From an uncultured Gammaproteobacteria bacterium (GTDB lineage Bacteria; Patescibacteriota; Patescibacteriia; Magasanikbacterales; JBBTQS01), in the NCBI GenBank assembly GCA_964627055.1, contig CAZVGV010000005.1, positions 1 through 59,161 of the forward strand: a DNA stretch of 59,161 nt, given 5' to 3'. Below are positions 45,835 to 55,985 of this stretch, piece after piece. Numbering within the stretch: position 1 is the first letter of the stretch; every line of letters starts with the position of its first letter. Made by a program: the position numbers and the translations under genes. The notes beneath the pieces were generated by a model. That model was not told the DNA's origin, made no database searches, and was given only the letters and a program-made list of their open reading frames with translations.

Positions 45835-48270
45835 TTAGCGTTGAACCGCAGTGAGGCCAAAGAAAGTATCCTGGTTAAATGCGGATTCTGTGACAATTCC
45901 GTTATCGATGTGCTTGGTTACGGCAGGATCACCGTTGTTCCAAATAGTGCGCCATGCAGGAGGCACAAGCACATGTGACTGCATGACAAAATTACGTAGT
46001 CCAGGTTGCCGTTCTAAAAGTATGCTGTAGCGAAACGCTGGATCGTAGAGTGTTGCAGCGTGCGCCGCGCGCACAAGAGCATTTTGCGTCTTTTGTACGG
46101 AGAAGACGGAGAAGGGGAGGCGATACGTGATGCGAGCCACGCTTGTCTCGCGGGGTTTGGTCACCACCCAGTTACCAAAAACCGTCTTGCCGAATTCTTC
46201 GGTGATTCGTGTTCCCGATGCCTCGTCAAATGATTGTGCTGTTTCGACATGGGAGAGTAGTTCGTTTTTTGTGGCGTAGGGGAGCGGTGTATGGAACTGA
46301 CTTTCTGCGGGGAATGTAAATCCGGATGCTTCAAGAAGTGTGCTTCCTTTGGGGACGTACATGCGCACGTAACTGATGCTACTTGCTTCGCTGGATACAC
46401 CATCATGGGTGCGAATAAAGTTGACAGTATTGATCACGGAACCGTCTGGTTGTATCCATGCCTGGTGCTCAATACGACCAGTCAAATCCGCATCGGACTT
46501 CTCTCCGCCGATATTACTAATGTTTACATGAAGGTAATCTCCGGATGTTGTGTGAAGTGCGCCATCCCATCCGAAGGAACGAATGCTATCCTGTATCCCA
46601 GGGTCAGTGCTGTAGATCAGGATATCACCGCGTGTGAGGCCAGATCGAATTGCCGAAGCAGCAGCAACGTGACCACTCAGGGGTGCGCGCGCTAAGCGAT
46701 CGATCAAGATTGGACCAAGCTCAGCGACAACAGACTTTGGAGTTTTGCTTCCGGTATTTCGCGCCTGAGCAATGTGTGTTTGGAGAGCATCTCGGAACGA
46801 AGTTGCTGTGATTTGGAGCCCTCCGCTCATGGTTATAGGCCCAGTAGCGGTGAGGAGATCACTGAGAACTTGGTCGTTAATTGCAACAACACCATCCACG
46901 GTTGGACCGCCTGATCGTTCATAGAACCACATGAGATTGCGCGCAGTGGTTGGAAAATCTGGATACCAGTTAGCGTCTTGGAACTCCCAGCGGCTGTTGA
47001 CGAGCGATAGTGGGTGTGGTGGTTCTTGGTGTACAGAAAGTTGACCTTGGAGGTCGTAGGAACCACCTTTAGCAATTTCCATTTTTTTGATTTCACCTTG
47101 ATCAAGATCCACGAGCGCGAATGACCCAATAAATCCTCCAGTGGCGCGCAATTCAGCAGAATTTTGAAGGACAACAAGATAGCGGCGAAGCGAGTTTGCA
47201 CCAAGAGCGTCAAGAATTGTTGGCATGTTCTTCCGTAGCAGTGCAACATCGTTTCGTGTGGCTGTAACTGCTGCTGTGACGGTAGCAACTGTCTCGCGTA
47301 GATGTTCTGGGAGTGCGGTGGGGTCAACGGATGCTAAGGCTTCGTCTGCACGTACAAGACGTGGGTAGATCCGTCCAAGTGCTTCGTCCCAGTAGCGTAG
47401 CCGATCGGTAAGAGTGGTAGACGTGGGTGCTTGATCTTGTGCGTAGAGTAATTGCGATGCAAAGAGCGTGAGGTCTTCGCCAGCTGTGAGAAGCGCTTCG
47501 CCACTTTTTACCTTTGCGCCGACGTGAGGGACAATGCTAAGGAGTGATTTGCTAAGCGTATCTACGGAATCAAGTGATGCCTGAGCTTGCTCGAATGAGG
47601 TAAGCGCATCAACGAGGAATGAACCACCTTGTGCGGTATCTCCTAGTGCAAGAGCCTGCTTCGTTGCTCGCAGTGCGGTTACAGCGTCTTCGCTGCGGGC
47701 GGTGATAGTATCACGAACCGCACTGAGTTCCGGGTAGGTCGTGAGCGCGTAAATTGGCATGGTGAAAAGCAGTGCCAACGTGGTGAATCCAACAGTTAGT
47801 GGTCGGCGTACTCTCCCAAAGTTTTTGATGTCTTGAGTGAAGGATCGATACCACGATTGGGTCGATTCGATTTGCCTTTCCTCTGCAACATAGCCTTGAC
47901 GAGTAAATGTTGAAGCAGGGATCACTCTATCTCTTGTGGGAACGAGTTCAGGCAATGGTTTCTTTGTAATCTGGTATGGAGTGTCAATTGCCTGTTCGGT
48001 TATAGCCTTTGCTCGTTCGCGAAATGCTTGGAGGTTTGGTCGAAACCCTCCGAGTTGGGTTGGTGCAAGAGGGGTGTGGTGTAATGGAACCTCTGAACGT
48101 ACTGGGTCTACATGCTGGAGAACATCTGCAGCACGTGGTTTGAGGTCCACGATATGAGACGATTGCGTTGTGTGCGCATGGTCAACAACGGTAACAGGAA
48201 TCTGGCGTACGCGGAGCGACGCTGATTCGTGCGTTGTTGATTGGGGAGCGACAAGCTTCTCCCGGGCCAT
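45835..48270 (-). CDS. DUF4012-domain membrane protein
   Basis: YLVVLQN.AELRATGGFIGS, DANWYPDFPT.A, DG.VA, N.GG.K.D. Confidence 0.85.
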   Translation of the reverse strand: MAREKLVAPQSTTHESASLRVRQIPVTVVDHAHTTQSSHIVDLKPRAADVLQHVDPVRSEVPLHHTPLAPTQLGGFRPNLQAFRERAKAITEQAIDTPYQITKKPLPELVPTRDRVIPASTFTRQGYVAEERQIESTQSWYRSFTQDIKNFGRVRRPLTVGFTTLALLFTMPIYALTTYPELSAVRDTITARSEDAVTALRATKQALALGDTAQGGSFLVDALTSFEQAQASLDSVDTLSKSLLSIVPHVGAKVKSGEALLTAGEDLTLFASQLLYAQDQAPTSTTLTDRLRYWDEALGRIYPRLVRADEALASVDPTALPEHLRETVATVTAAVTATRNDVALLRKNMPTILDALGANSLRRYLVVLQNSAELRATGGFIGSFALVDLDQGEIKKMEIAKGGSYDLQGQLSVHQEPPHPLSLVNSRWEFQDANWYPDFPTTARNLMWFYERSGGPTVDGVVAINDQVLSDLLTATGPITMSGGLQITATSFRDALQTHIAQARNTGSKTPKSVVAELGPILIDRLARAPLSGHVAAASAIRSGLTRGDILIYSTDPGIQDSIRSFGWDGALHTTSGDYLHVNISNIGGEKSDADLTGRIEHQAWIQPDGSVINTVNFIRTHDGVSSEASSISYVRMYVPKGSTLLEASGFTFPAESQFHTPLPYATKNELLSHVETAQSFDEASGTRITEEFGKTVFGNWVVTKPRETSVARITYRLPFSVFSVQKTQNALVRAAHAATLYDPAFRYSILLERQPGLRNFVMQSHVLVPPAWRTIWNNGDPAVTKHIDNGIVTESAFNQDTFFGLTAVQR

Positions 48271-48285
48271 TTTTGTAAACAATTA

Positions 48286-49413
48286 TCAGGCCCAGTATAC
48301 CATAGTTGCTGTGTCGTATGCCATGCGCTCCCAGGAATATTTTGCGAGTACTGCCGGAGCAGCAGCAATAGTTCGTTCACGTGCCGCAGCATCAAGGAGT
48401 ATTGTCTCAATGCCTGTCGAGATCGCGTCGATTGAAGTTGGGTCTGTGTATATTGCGGAAGGACCAAGGATTTCGGGCAAACAGGAGGTATTGCTTGCCA
48501 GCACAGGGACCCCATGTGCGAGTGCTTCCAGCGGAGGCAGGCCGAATCCCTCTGAGAGAGAAACATAGGCAACGCCACGGGCACCGTGGTAGAGCTGTTG
48601 CAATTCGCGATCCGAAACACCACCACGAAGTTCGATGGTATGCCCCAGTGCTCGTGGAAATTGTGTTGCGATTTTTTCCTCTAGTTGTGTGTAAAAACGC
48701 GTGTGTTGTCCAACAAGTACCAGTCGGGTTTGGTCTGCAGGCCTTCGGTCTTTGTACTGCATGAATGCGCGAACAAGTCGGAGGAGGTTCTTGTGTGGGT
48801 ACGCTACTCCAACATAGAGAAGATATGGCGTTGATGTTTGGGGTGCAATTGGTGTGGGATTGTATGGGGGTGCTCCCTCGTAGATGACCGAAATTGGCGT
48901 CTTTACAGCTGGGTACCAGTAGTGGATTTCGTCGGCAACGTATTGCGATGGAGTGATGATGTGCTTGCTTGCATGGACTGCACGGTGTACCGCGAGGCGG
49001 TAGCCAATTTTTTTGAGACAATAGAGTAAATATCCACGAGTAGAGGTGTCGCGTCCTGGAAATCGACGAAGTGTGAGGTCGTGAATAGTAGTGACAAAAG
49101 GTCCACGGTAGAGCAACGGTATATTCCAATGAGGAAAGTGCATGAGGTCTACACCGGCCTGCTTGATGACTGATGGAAATTCGTACTGTTCTCGAACTGT
49201 ATACCAGGGGATATCAGCCACAACGATCCTGAATGTTTTGGATGGGAGCTTGGCGAAAAGCGCACGATCACTTTCGAGAACAAAAAGAGTATACACTGTA
49301 GGAGGTGTGCCAGAAGGAGGTGTGAGTGCCGCGAGTTGCGTAATGAGGTGCCGTAGATATCGACCGTGTCCACCGTGGATCCCAGCCATGCGAGCATCAA
49401 TGCCGATGTGCAT
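48286..49413 (-). CDS. Glycosyltransferase family 4
   Basis: IGIDAR, TIHDL, S..EGFGLPPLEA. Confidence 0.92.
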   Translation of the reverse strand: MHIGIDARMAGIHGGHGRYLRHLITQLAALTPPSGTPPTVYTLFVLESDRALFAKLPSKTFRIVVADIPWYTVREQYEFPSVIKQAGVDLMHFPHWNIPLLYRGPFVTTIHDLTLRRFPGRDTSTRGYLLYCLKKIGYRLAVHRAVHASKHIITPSQYVADEIHYWYPAVKTPISVIYEGAPPYNPTPIAPQTSTPYLLYVGVAYPHKNLLRLVRAFMQYKDRRPADQTRLVLVGQHTRFYTQLEEKIATQFPRALGHTIELRGGVSDRELQQLYHGARGVAYVSLSEGFGLPPLEALAHGVPVLASNTSCLPEILGPSAIYTDPTSIDAISTGIETILLDAAARERTIAAAPAVLAKYSWERMAYDTATMVYWA

Positions 49414-50551
49414 AGGTGCATACTGTTGTGAGGAGCGTTCGTGCGGAATTCTCCCAGGAGAACGCCTGTACGCGTTGCTTACCTCTTTGTGTGAGTGTCG
49501 CACGCACCTGTTGGTCTGTCAACGCAGTATGCAGAGCGTGCGCTAGCATGTCAGGGCGCCAGGGCACTGTGAATAGTGCAGCGTCTCGAGCAGTTTCAGC
49601 GAGTGCTGAACCATAGCTAGTCACCACTGGGATGCCAGCGGTAAATGCCTCCAGAATAGGTATACCAAATCCTTCGTACCAGGACGGGTATACGCAGACA
49701 GTGGCATGTGCGAGTGCTGCAGCCTTTATTGTGTCATCGACAAAACCAAGAATATGGACACGCTGTGCAACGCTCGTGTGCTTGTTTAGAAATTGCTGTG
49801 CTTCATTCCAACCATAACCTTCGCCTCCAATGAGTATGAGTTCAGCATTGGGAATGGTGTGGAGCACCTCCTTGAATGCAATGAGTGCACCAAGAATATT
49901 TTTTCGTTTTTCTCGTGTTCCAATCATCAGAATCTTTGGGTTGGGCGATAAGAATGGGCACTGTGAACTGCAGACGTGTGTCACAGTAGGAGGGGCTGCA
50001 GGTGTGATGGTGGTACATCGCTCGTGGGGAATGCCGAAATGTTGGTGTACATCTGCGCGCGTACTTTCCGATACTGTGAATACATGTGTTGCGCTGCGAA
50101 CGAGCTGAGAAAGCCGGATTGCTCGGTGCCACAACCGAGCTTTGGGCGAAAAAAGATCGGGTGCAATGGCCATGGAGACATCATGGATGGTTATGAACAA
50201 TGGTACGGATGATGTTACGCGTAAGAAGTGTGGATTGAGTGCAACAACAGCGTCTATCGGGCCAGAACCTGCACGTTGTGCTATCCAGTCAATTGAAGGG
50301 TATCCGGTGGCTACGATGCTTGTATGTAAGAGCTTGTTGGGAATTCGTGTGTGAATTGTACGAACATGAGGAATCTTCCATCGAGGGGCACGGGTGGTCA
50401 TGGCTCCAGATGCGCTGTTGCTGTAGACAACAAACTCATGTTTGCTGGACTCAGGTAATGCAAAAAGTGCATCGAGCAGATGGGATGCGAATCTGGATAC
50501 GCCCGTTGGGTGTGCATCAAGCAGCGGTCGTCCGTCGATGAGAATCCGCAT
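49397..50551 (-). CDS. Glycosyltransferase family 4
   Basis: ILIDGR, TIHD, PSWYEGFGIPILEA. Confidence 0.92.
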   Translation of the reverse strand: MRILIDGRPLLDAHPTGVSRFASHLLDALFALPESSKHEFVVYSNSASGAMTTRAPRWKIPHVRTIHTRIPNKLLHTSIVATGYPSIDWIAQRAGSGPIDAVVALNPHFLRVTSSVPLFITIHDVSMAIAPDLFSPKARLWHRAIRLSQLVRSATHVFTVSESTRADVHQHFGIPHERCTTITPAAPPTVTHVCSSQCPFLSPNPKILMIGTREKRKNILGALIAFKEVLHTIPNAELILIGGEGYGWNEAQQFLNKHTSVAQRVHILGFVDDTIKAAALAHATVCVYPSWYEGFGIPILEAFTAGIPVVTSYGSALAETARDAALFTVPWRPDMLAHALHTALTDQQVRATLTQRGKQRVQAFSWENSARTLLTTVCTYAHRH

Positions 50552-51668
50552 AGGGTGTGGCTTTGTGTGCAGAAACAGCCTGGTTCACGAAGGTGCGGAT
50601 ACGTTCTTTGAATCGTTCTTTAGAGAACGGAGCAGCTGTGCGTGCGATTGCTGCTGGGGATTCGAGCGTCTGTGCGTCAAAGTGTAGGACAGCATCAAGC
50701 AGGCTTTCCCAGGTTTGTTCAGGAAAAAGTACGCCGTTGACACCTTCCTTGACGATCTCGGTCGCGCCATCCTTACGATACGCTATGACAGGACATCCCT
50801 GTGCGAGCGCTTCAGTCATGGTGATCCCGAAGTCTTCTGCTTGAGGATTGATAAACGCACGTGCGTGCGCGTACAGTTGCCATTTGTCTTCTTCGCTAAC
50901 CTGTCCAATAAACTCAATGGATGGTGATGTTGCGAGGCGGCGGAGTTGTTCGAGTTCCCGTCCTGTGCCAAAAATTTTGAGTGGTAGGCCTAGCCGGTTG
51001 AACACTTCGATGACAAGGTCGATGCGCTTGTATCCTACGAGGCGTCCTCCTGCAAGGAAATACGTTCTGTCTGTATGAGCAGCAGGAGTGCGGTTGTTGC
51101 AGTTGTCGATAGGAGGTTCAATCACCGTGCTTGTTCGTCCGTACCATCGACGAATGCGCTGCGCAACGGTCTGTGAATTCGCGATGAAGTAATCAACGCG
51201 ATCACGAGCAGCGCGGAGATCCCATATGCGCTGCCAGGCGATTATTGGAGAAAGGAGCCACTTCACGGGGCGTGGTTGGGGGAGCTCTTTGAGGTAGCTT
51301 GCAGTATCCGACCAGAGATATCGGGTCGGAGTATGACAATAGCAAATGTGAATGGTGTTCGAGCCGACCTTAATGCCTTTCGCATATGCACTTGTTGAGG
51401 AAACTACTACATCGAAATCAGAGAAGTCGTATGACTCAGTTGCCCAAGGCATAAGAGGCATATACCATTGGTATTTTTTACGTGCAAAGGGGAGCGAAGA
51501 GATGTAGCTTTCACGTATTTCTGCTCGAGCAAGATTGTCTTTGAATTTTTCGCGGTCAATAAAAAGCGTATAGATAGGTGCCTCAGGCCACAGTTCGTGT
51601 AGCACACGAAGTACCCGCTCTGCTCCACCGTCTTGTGAGAGATAATCGTGTACGAGTGCGATGCGCAT
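50517..51668 (-). CDS. Glycosyltransferase family 4
   Basis: ALVHDYL..GGAERVL, CHTP.RY, EDFGI...EA. Confidence 0.92.
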   Translation of the reverse strand: MRIALVHDYLSQDGGAERVLRVLHELWPEAPIYTLFIDREKFKDNLARAEIRESYISSLPFARKKYQWYMPLMPWATESYDFSDFDVVVSSTSAYAKGIKVGSNTIHICYCHTPTRYLWSDTASYLKELPQPRPVKWLLSPIIAWQRIWDLRAARDRVDYFIANSQTVAQRIRRWYGRTSTVIEPPIDNCNNRTPAAHTDRTYFLAGGRLVGYKRIDLVIEVFNRLGLPLKIFGTGRELEQLRRLATSPSIEFIGQVSEEDKWQLYAHARAFINPQAEDFGITMTEALAQGCPVIAYRKDGATEIVKEGVNGVLFPEQTWESLLDAVLHFDAQTLESPAAIARTAAPFSKERFKERIRTFVNQAVSAHKATPYADSHRRTTAA

Positions 51669-51669
51669 A

Positions 51670-53094
51670 TCATTCCGCTTTACGTCGACGTAGCACTGCC
51701 CAAGGCGTCTTAATCAGAATGGCAATATCCATGAGAATGGACCAGTTCTCGATATAAAAAGTATCGAGACGGATTTCATCTTCGAACGACAAGTCACTTC
51801 GTCCAGAAATTTGTGCAAGACCGGTGATACCTGGCCGTACGTTGTGTACCTGTCGATGTTCAGGTGCATAGCCAGCCACTTCTCGCATTTGATGTGGGCG
51901 CGGTCCGACGAGGCTCATCGTTCCAAGGAGAACATTGAAGAACTGAGGAAGCTCATCAATGCTCCAGCGTCGGAGAAATTTGCCAACTCGCGTGATGCGT
52001 GGATCGTTGTGAATCTTATAGATTGGTCCGCCATTTTTGGAATTTTTTGTCGCGATAAGTTCTGCCTCGTAGGCGAGTGCCTGCTTTTGATTCTTGAACT
52101 GAGTACCGATCGAATAGTGCTGGTACATCGAGCGGAACTTGAGTGTGGTGAATATGCGGCCGTTCTCTCCAACGCGTTCATTCCGGAAGATGACCGGAAA
52201 TCCAGTTTCGAGGACTGTCGCGATTGCAGCAAGGAGCATGATCGGCGAAGAAAGGATTATCAGTATGATGGATCCAATGATATCTATGAGGCGCTTGAGG
52301 ATACCACCCCATCCTTCGAGGCGTGTGCGCTTGAGTTCAATGATCGGAATGCCTGCAATTGTATCCACTCCCGTTGCTCGCTGGTACATGCCGAATACGT
52401 CGGGGATAAACTTCAAGGTTAGGTGGTGCATCTGGCAGAACTGCAGCACACGTGCAGCATGTGCTTGATCAGATGTGTTGACGAACAGAACTTCTGTGAT
52501 GAGTTGCTTTGCAACTGTGGTTGCCAGGGACGGTGCATTGGAGTTGGTTAGCGTATCAATACGCTTTACCACGGTGTAGCCGTAGCCGGGAGAATCCTTG
52601 AGCGCCTTTGCGATACTATCTGCTGCTTCAGAGGTGCCAATAAGCATGATGCGGCGCGTACCAATACCAGCACTCAGGACAACCGTTCGTATAATACGCA
52701 ACAGAAGGCGTCCTGTGAGTACGAATACGGTTGCAAAGAATGCACCAGCAAGGACGAGAAAACGTGAATCAAAACGTTCGCCGCTGAAGAAGATGATGAG
52801 TGCAAGGACTGCGAGTCCGGCTACACAGGCAGTAATGGTTCGCTTGAGTTCGTCTGAAAACTTCTTGTTGGTCTCGAATGAGTACAATCCATTGAGCGCG
52901 AAGAGAAGAATCCAGAGTCCAGCAGTGGGGATCACAACGTCCATGAACTGGCCGAACGTGAGTGAGAATTGCACAGGCCGAATGCCGCGAATTGATGATG
53001 CAAAACGCACGTACCAAGCACAGACCCCAGCCAAGAGAAGGAGGGAATAGTCAAGTGGAACGCGAAGTGCAATAAGAAGAGTGTCGAGACGCAT
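51670..53094 (-). CDS. Polyprenyl glycosylphosphotransferase (WcaJ/WbaP-like priming transferase)
   Basis: N-terminal TMs, KRLIDI, KFRSM, DPRIT..G.FLR..SIDELPQ, GPRP, PGITG.AQ. Confidence 0.93.
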   Translation of the reverse strand: MRLDTLLIALRVPLDYSLLLLAGVCAWYVRFASSIRGIRPVQFSLTFGQFMDVVIPTAGLWILLFALNGLYSFETNKKFSDELKRTITACVAGLAVLALIIFFSGERFDSRFLVLAGAFFATVFVLTGRLLLRIIRTVVLSAGIGTRRIMLIGTSEAADSIAKALKDSPGYGYTVVKRIDTLTNSNAPSLATTVAKQLITEVLFVNTSDQAHAARVLQFCQMHHLTLKFIPDVFGMYQRATGVDTIAGIPIIELKRTRLEGWGGILKRLIDIIGSIILIILSSPIMLLAAIATVLETGFPVIFRNERVGENGRIFTTLKFRSMYQHYSIGTQFKNQKQALAYEAELIATKNSKNGGPIYKIHNDPRITRVGKFLRRWSIDELPQFFNVLLGTMSLVGPRPHQMREVAGYAPEHRQVHNVRPGITGLAQISGRSDLSFEDEIRLDTFYIENWSILMDIAILIKTPWAVLRRRKAE

Positions 53095-53132
53095 ACGTTA
53101 GCTGCAGTGTACCGCGCACAGGCATCCACGGT

Positions 53133-53168
53133 CAAAAACAAACCGCCCCACCCTTGCGGGGGAGCGGT
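53133..53168 (-). terminator. Terminator of RNase P RNA gene
   Basis: ACCGCTCC...GGGGCGGT hairpin followed by TTGTTTTT on the minus strand. Confidence 0.7.
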
Positions 53169-53172
53169 CATT

Positions 53173-53579
53173 GCCATCATACGCCGAATTCTGTCGCCAC
53201 GCTGTTACCAGCATGGGGGCGATCATATCTCTTGGACTGACATCACTGCCAGACTCTTTGCGAACGAACTTTTCGGAGATCTCAACCTTGCGGTTGGACC
53301 AGCGCTGCTCTTGCACCAGGAAGGGTTTACCACGTTGCGGCATTGCTGCCGAACGAGTCGTATAGCGGCTGAGATTTGGATATCCGGAACCTCAGAACTT
53401 CACGACACTTTTCACCTTTCACGCGCTTGCGCGCGCTAGTATTGTCTCTGTGGCACTGTCCCGTGCGACGCATCGCTGCGTCGCAGGTGGGCGTTACCCA
53501 CTTCCGCGACACCGCCCATAGGCGGAGGGTGTTCGGACGTTCCTCTCCGCACACGAGGTGCAGAGCGATCGCCGATGGC
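53173..53579 (-). ncRNA. rnpB: RNase P RNA (bacterial type A-like)
   Basis: Minus strand: GAGGAACGTCCGAA (CR-I), GGGTAACGCCC, ACAGTGCCACAGA, GGTAAACCC, ACAGAATTCGGCGTA (CR-V); P1 GCCATC/GATGGC; P4 fully pairs. Confidence 0.92.
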
Positions 53580-53619
53580 GCCCCAACACTAGCACAGCGG
53601 GGTGCGTTTGTCAATCTCA

Positions 53620-54843
53620 CTATGCGGCTTTACGAAGCTCAAAAGAAGGTTCTTTGCGTTGCAATGGAACGACGTTATCTGGTGTGTTCTCGGTCTTTGC
53701 GTCACTGTATTTTTCTCGGAGCTTGCTGATTTCAGTCTGCATCATTTCGCGCATGCCTTCGCTGGCGGCCTTGAAGTATTCGTTGTCTTTTAATTTTTGC
53801 TCACCTTCGGGTGTGAGTAATTCGTCAAAATCGGTAATACCGAATTCATCGGGTCCGATTGCGCGACCAAAGGCTTTCTTCACAGCAGTGGAGGAACCAA
53901 GTAAACCAAGTCGTGGCTTGAGAAAAGCCACATCTCGCTTGCGCTTTTCGGCGATGAGTTGCTGTTCGGATTTTTCTAGATCGGCTTTTGCTTCTGCTTG
54001 TGCCTGAGCCTCTTTTGCTTCTGCCGCTATTTCAGCACGACGTTCTCGAGCTTCTGCTGTAACTTTACGAAATTCACCGATGTCTGCGGATCCATTGTCT
54101 TTGCGGGCGTCGAGCGCAGCTTGGTTTGCTTGCGCTTCGAGTGCATCGAGTTGTGCATCGCCTGTGGATTCTTTTGGTTTTTCTGCGCGCGTAGCCGGAG
54201 TTGTGCTTGGTTGTGCTTCAGGAAGTTTACCACCCGCTTTCAGTGTTGCGAGTTCTGCGCGAAGTTGTTCGATGCGCTGCTTGCGTTCAAGTGCTGCAGC
54301 ATCTGGGGCGACTTCAGGTGACGTCTCTTGTGTAGGGCGTTGTTCTGCAGCAAGTTCAGCTTCGCGTGAACGAATCTGTTGCTGCTCTTTGGTGTTGGCA
54401 ACAGCCTCTGACTCTGCCTTCATTGTTGCGATTTCCTGCTCTTTCTCGAAGACATCTTTCGCTGCCTCTTGGTAGCGCGCGTCTTCTTGCTTGCCAATAA
54501 GCTGTGCGCCATCACGAAGAATATCTGCATCAGATTCGACAGGGATGGGTTTTTGCTCGGTGCGAGGCTTGCTCTCGAGGTCGCGAATTTGATCGCGTAG
54601 CGCAGCACGTTCTTTGCTCACCGCAAGAAAGGCAGGCGAGCCGACATCAATTTTTTGGTCTAAGGCCTTGCGCCAGAGCCCGTCGAGTTGCTTCTTGAGC
54701 GCTTTGATCTGATCATCCACGGAGGGTTCTGATTTTTCTATTGCTTCTTGTGCTGCTCGCGTGTCAGCATCGGGTGTCTCGACACCGGCAACTTCTTGCA
54801 TTGCCTGGAGATGTTCTGCTGATTCAAAGGACGGTCGTGCCAT
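53620..54843 (-). CDS. Hypothetical A/E/K/Q-rich coiled-coil protein
   Basis: 407 aa low-complexity helical composition; no TM. Confidence 0.75.
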   Translation of the reverse strand: MARPSFESAEHLQAMQEVAGVETPDADTRAAQEAIEKSEPSVDDQIKALKKQLDGLWRKALDQKIDVGSPAFLAVSKERAALRDQIRDLESKPRTEQKPIPVESDADILRDGAQLIGKQEDARYQEAAKDVFEKEQEIATMKAESEAVANTKEQQQIRSREAELAAEQRPTQETSPEVAPDAAALERKQRIEQLRAELATLKAGGKLPEAQPSTTPATRAEKPKESTGDAQLDALEAQANQAALDARKDNGSADIGEFRKVTAEARERRAEIAAEAKEAQAQAEAKADLEKSEQQLIAEKRKRDVAFLKPRLGLLGSSTAVKKAFGRAIGPDEFGITDFDELLTPEGEQKLKDNEYFKAASEGMREMMQTEISKLREKYSDAKTENTPDNVVPLQRKEPSFELRKAA

Positions 54844-54856
54844 ACGAAAAGGTCAT

Positions 54857-55912
54857 TTAGCGTACACCAATACGTGTACGGAGTTGTTGCATGGTTGCGC
54901 GCGCAGCCTGTTGCGCCCGTGCTGTGGATGGCGCAAGAAGGTCGAGGATTTGATGAGGCTTCTTGAGGAGTGCGGCACGGCGGGTACGGTAGTCTGCGAA
55001 GAATTCGCCGATGTGGTGGGCGAGTGTTTTCTTGAGATCGCCGTAACGAATTGGGCCTTGTGCAAATTGCGTATTCACCTCTGGGGGTGCGAAGTGGTGC
55101 AGCATGGAGAGGAGGTTTTCAACACCACGAACGCCACGCTGTTGTGCCTCATCCATCGTTGCGATTGCTGCCTCATCTGCAATCCATCCTTTCTTTGCTG
55201 TGTATGAAAGTGGAACAATGCCTGTGGTTTCTGTGACGGCTCGCTTGAGCTTGTCGAGGATGACTGAAGGCTCGTCTGTGAGCGCAATGTAGTGCTGCAC
55301 GCCGAGTGATTTGCTCATTTTCTTTGTTGGCTCAGCGAGACTCAAGACCTTGGGGATGTCTGTAAGGAGCGCCTTGGGTTCACGTAGCTTCGTGCCGTAT
55401 CGACGATTGAACCAGTGAACAATGTTGCGGGTAAGTTCGATGTGTTGCACCTGGTCTTGCCCTACAGGCACGAAGGCTGCGTTGTACAGCGCAATATCAG
55501 CTGCCTGTAGTACAGGGTAGTCGAAGAGTCCGACATTAATATTCTGTACTTGGCGAGCTGCCTTGTCCTTGTACTGTGTCATACGCTCCAATTCGCCCAT
55601 CGGTGTCACGCAGTTGAAATACCATGCAAGCTCAGTGTGCTCTGGCACCATGGATTGAATGAAAAGCGTGGACTTCTGTGGGTCGATGCCGAGTGCGAGA
55701 AGTGATGCTATTGCTTCGAGTGTATTTGCAAACTTCTTCTTCGGATCATAATCCTGTGTCAGAGAGTGAAGGTCGGCTACAAAAAAGAAACAGTCGTATT
55801 TGCCAGCATTCTGGATTGCTACGCAGTTCTTGAGCGCTCCCAAATAATTGCCAATATGGATTTCTCCCGAAGGCTGGATACCGGTGATAGCAACTGGTTT
55901 TGCTGTGGGCAT
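54857..55912 (-). CDS. trpS: Tryptophan--tRNA ligase
   Basis: TGIQPSG..HIGNY, ADLHSLT, YPVLQAADI, VPVG.DQ, KMSKS. Confidence 0.97.
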   Translation of the reverse strand: MPTAKPVAITGIQPSGEIHIGNYLGALKNCVAIQNAGKYDCFFFVADLHSLTQDYDPKKKFANTLEAIASLLALGIDPQKSTLFIQSMVPEHTELAWYFNCVTPMGELERMTQYKDKAARQVQNINVGLFDYPVLQAADIALYNAAFVPVGQDQVQHIELTRNIVHWFNRRYGTKLREPKALLTDIPKVLSLAEPTKKMSKSLGVQHYIALTDEPSVILDKLKRAVTETTGIVPLSYTAKKGWIADEAAIATMDEAQQRGVRGVENLLSMLHHFAPPEVNTQFAQGPIRYGDLKKTLAHHIGEFFADYRTRRAALLKKPHQILDLLAPSTARAQQAARATMQQLRTRIGVR

Positions 55913-55940
55913 AGTAAAAAAAGTATACCACTAGATCTTG

Positions 55941-55974
55941 TAAAAACAACACCTCCCTGGGAGGGAGGTGTTGT
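55941..55974 (-). terminator. Terminator after rnj
   Basis: ACAACACCTCCCT/AGGGAGGTGTTGT 13-bp stem with T5. Confidence 0.75.
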
Positions 55975-55985
55975 GGGAGGTAGTG

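Noticed and set aside
53098-53793. Small ORFs in 53098-53793
   Set aside because: They overlap the RNase P RNA gene, its terminator or the upstream CDS
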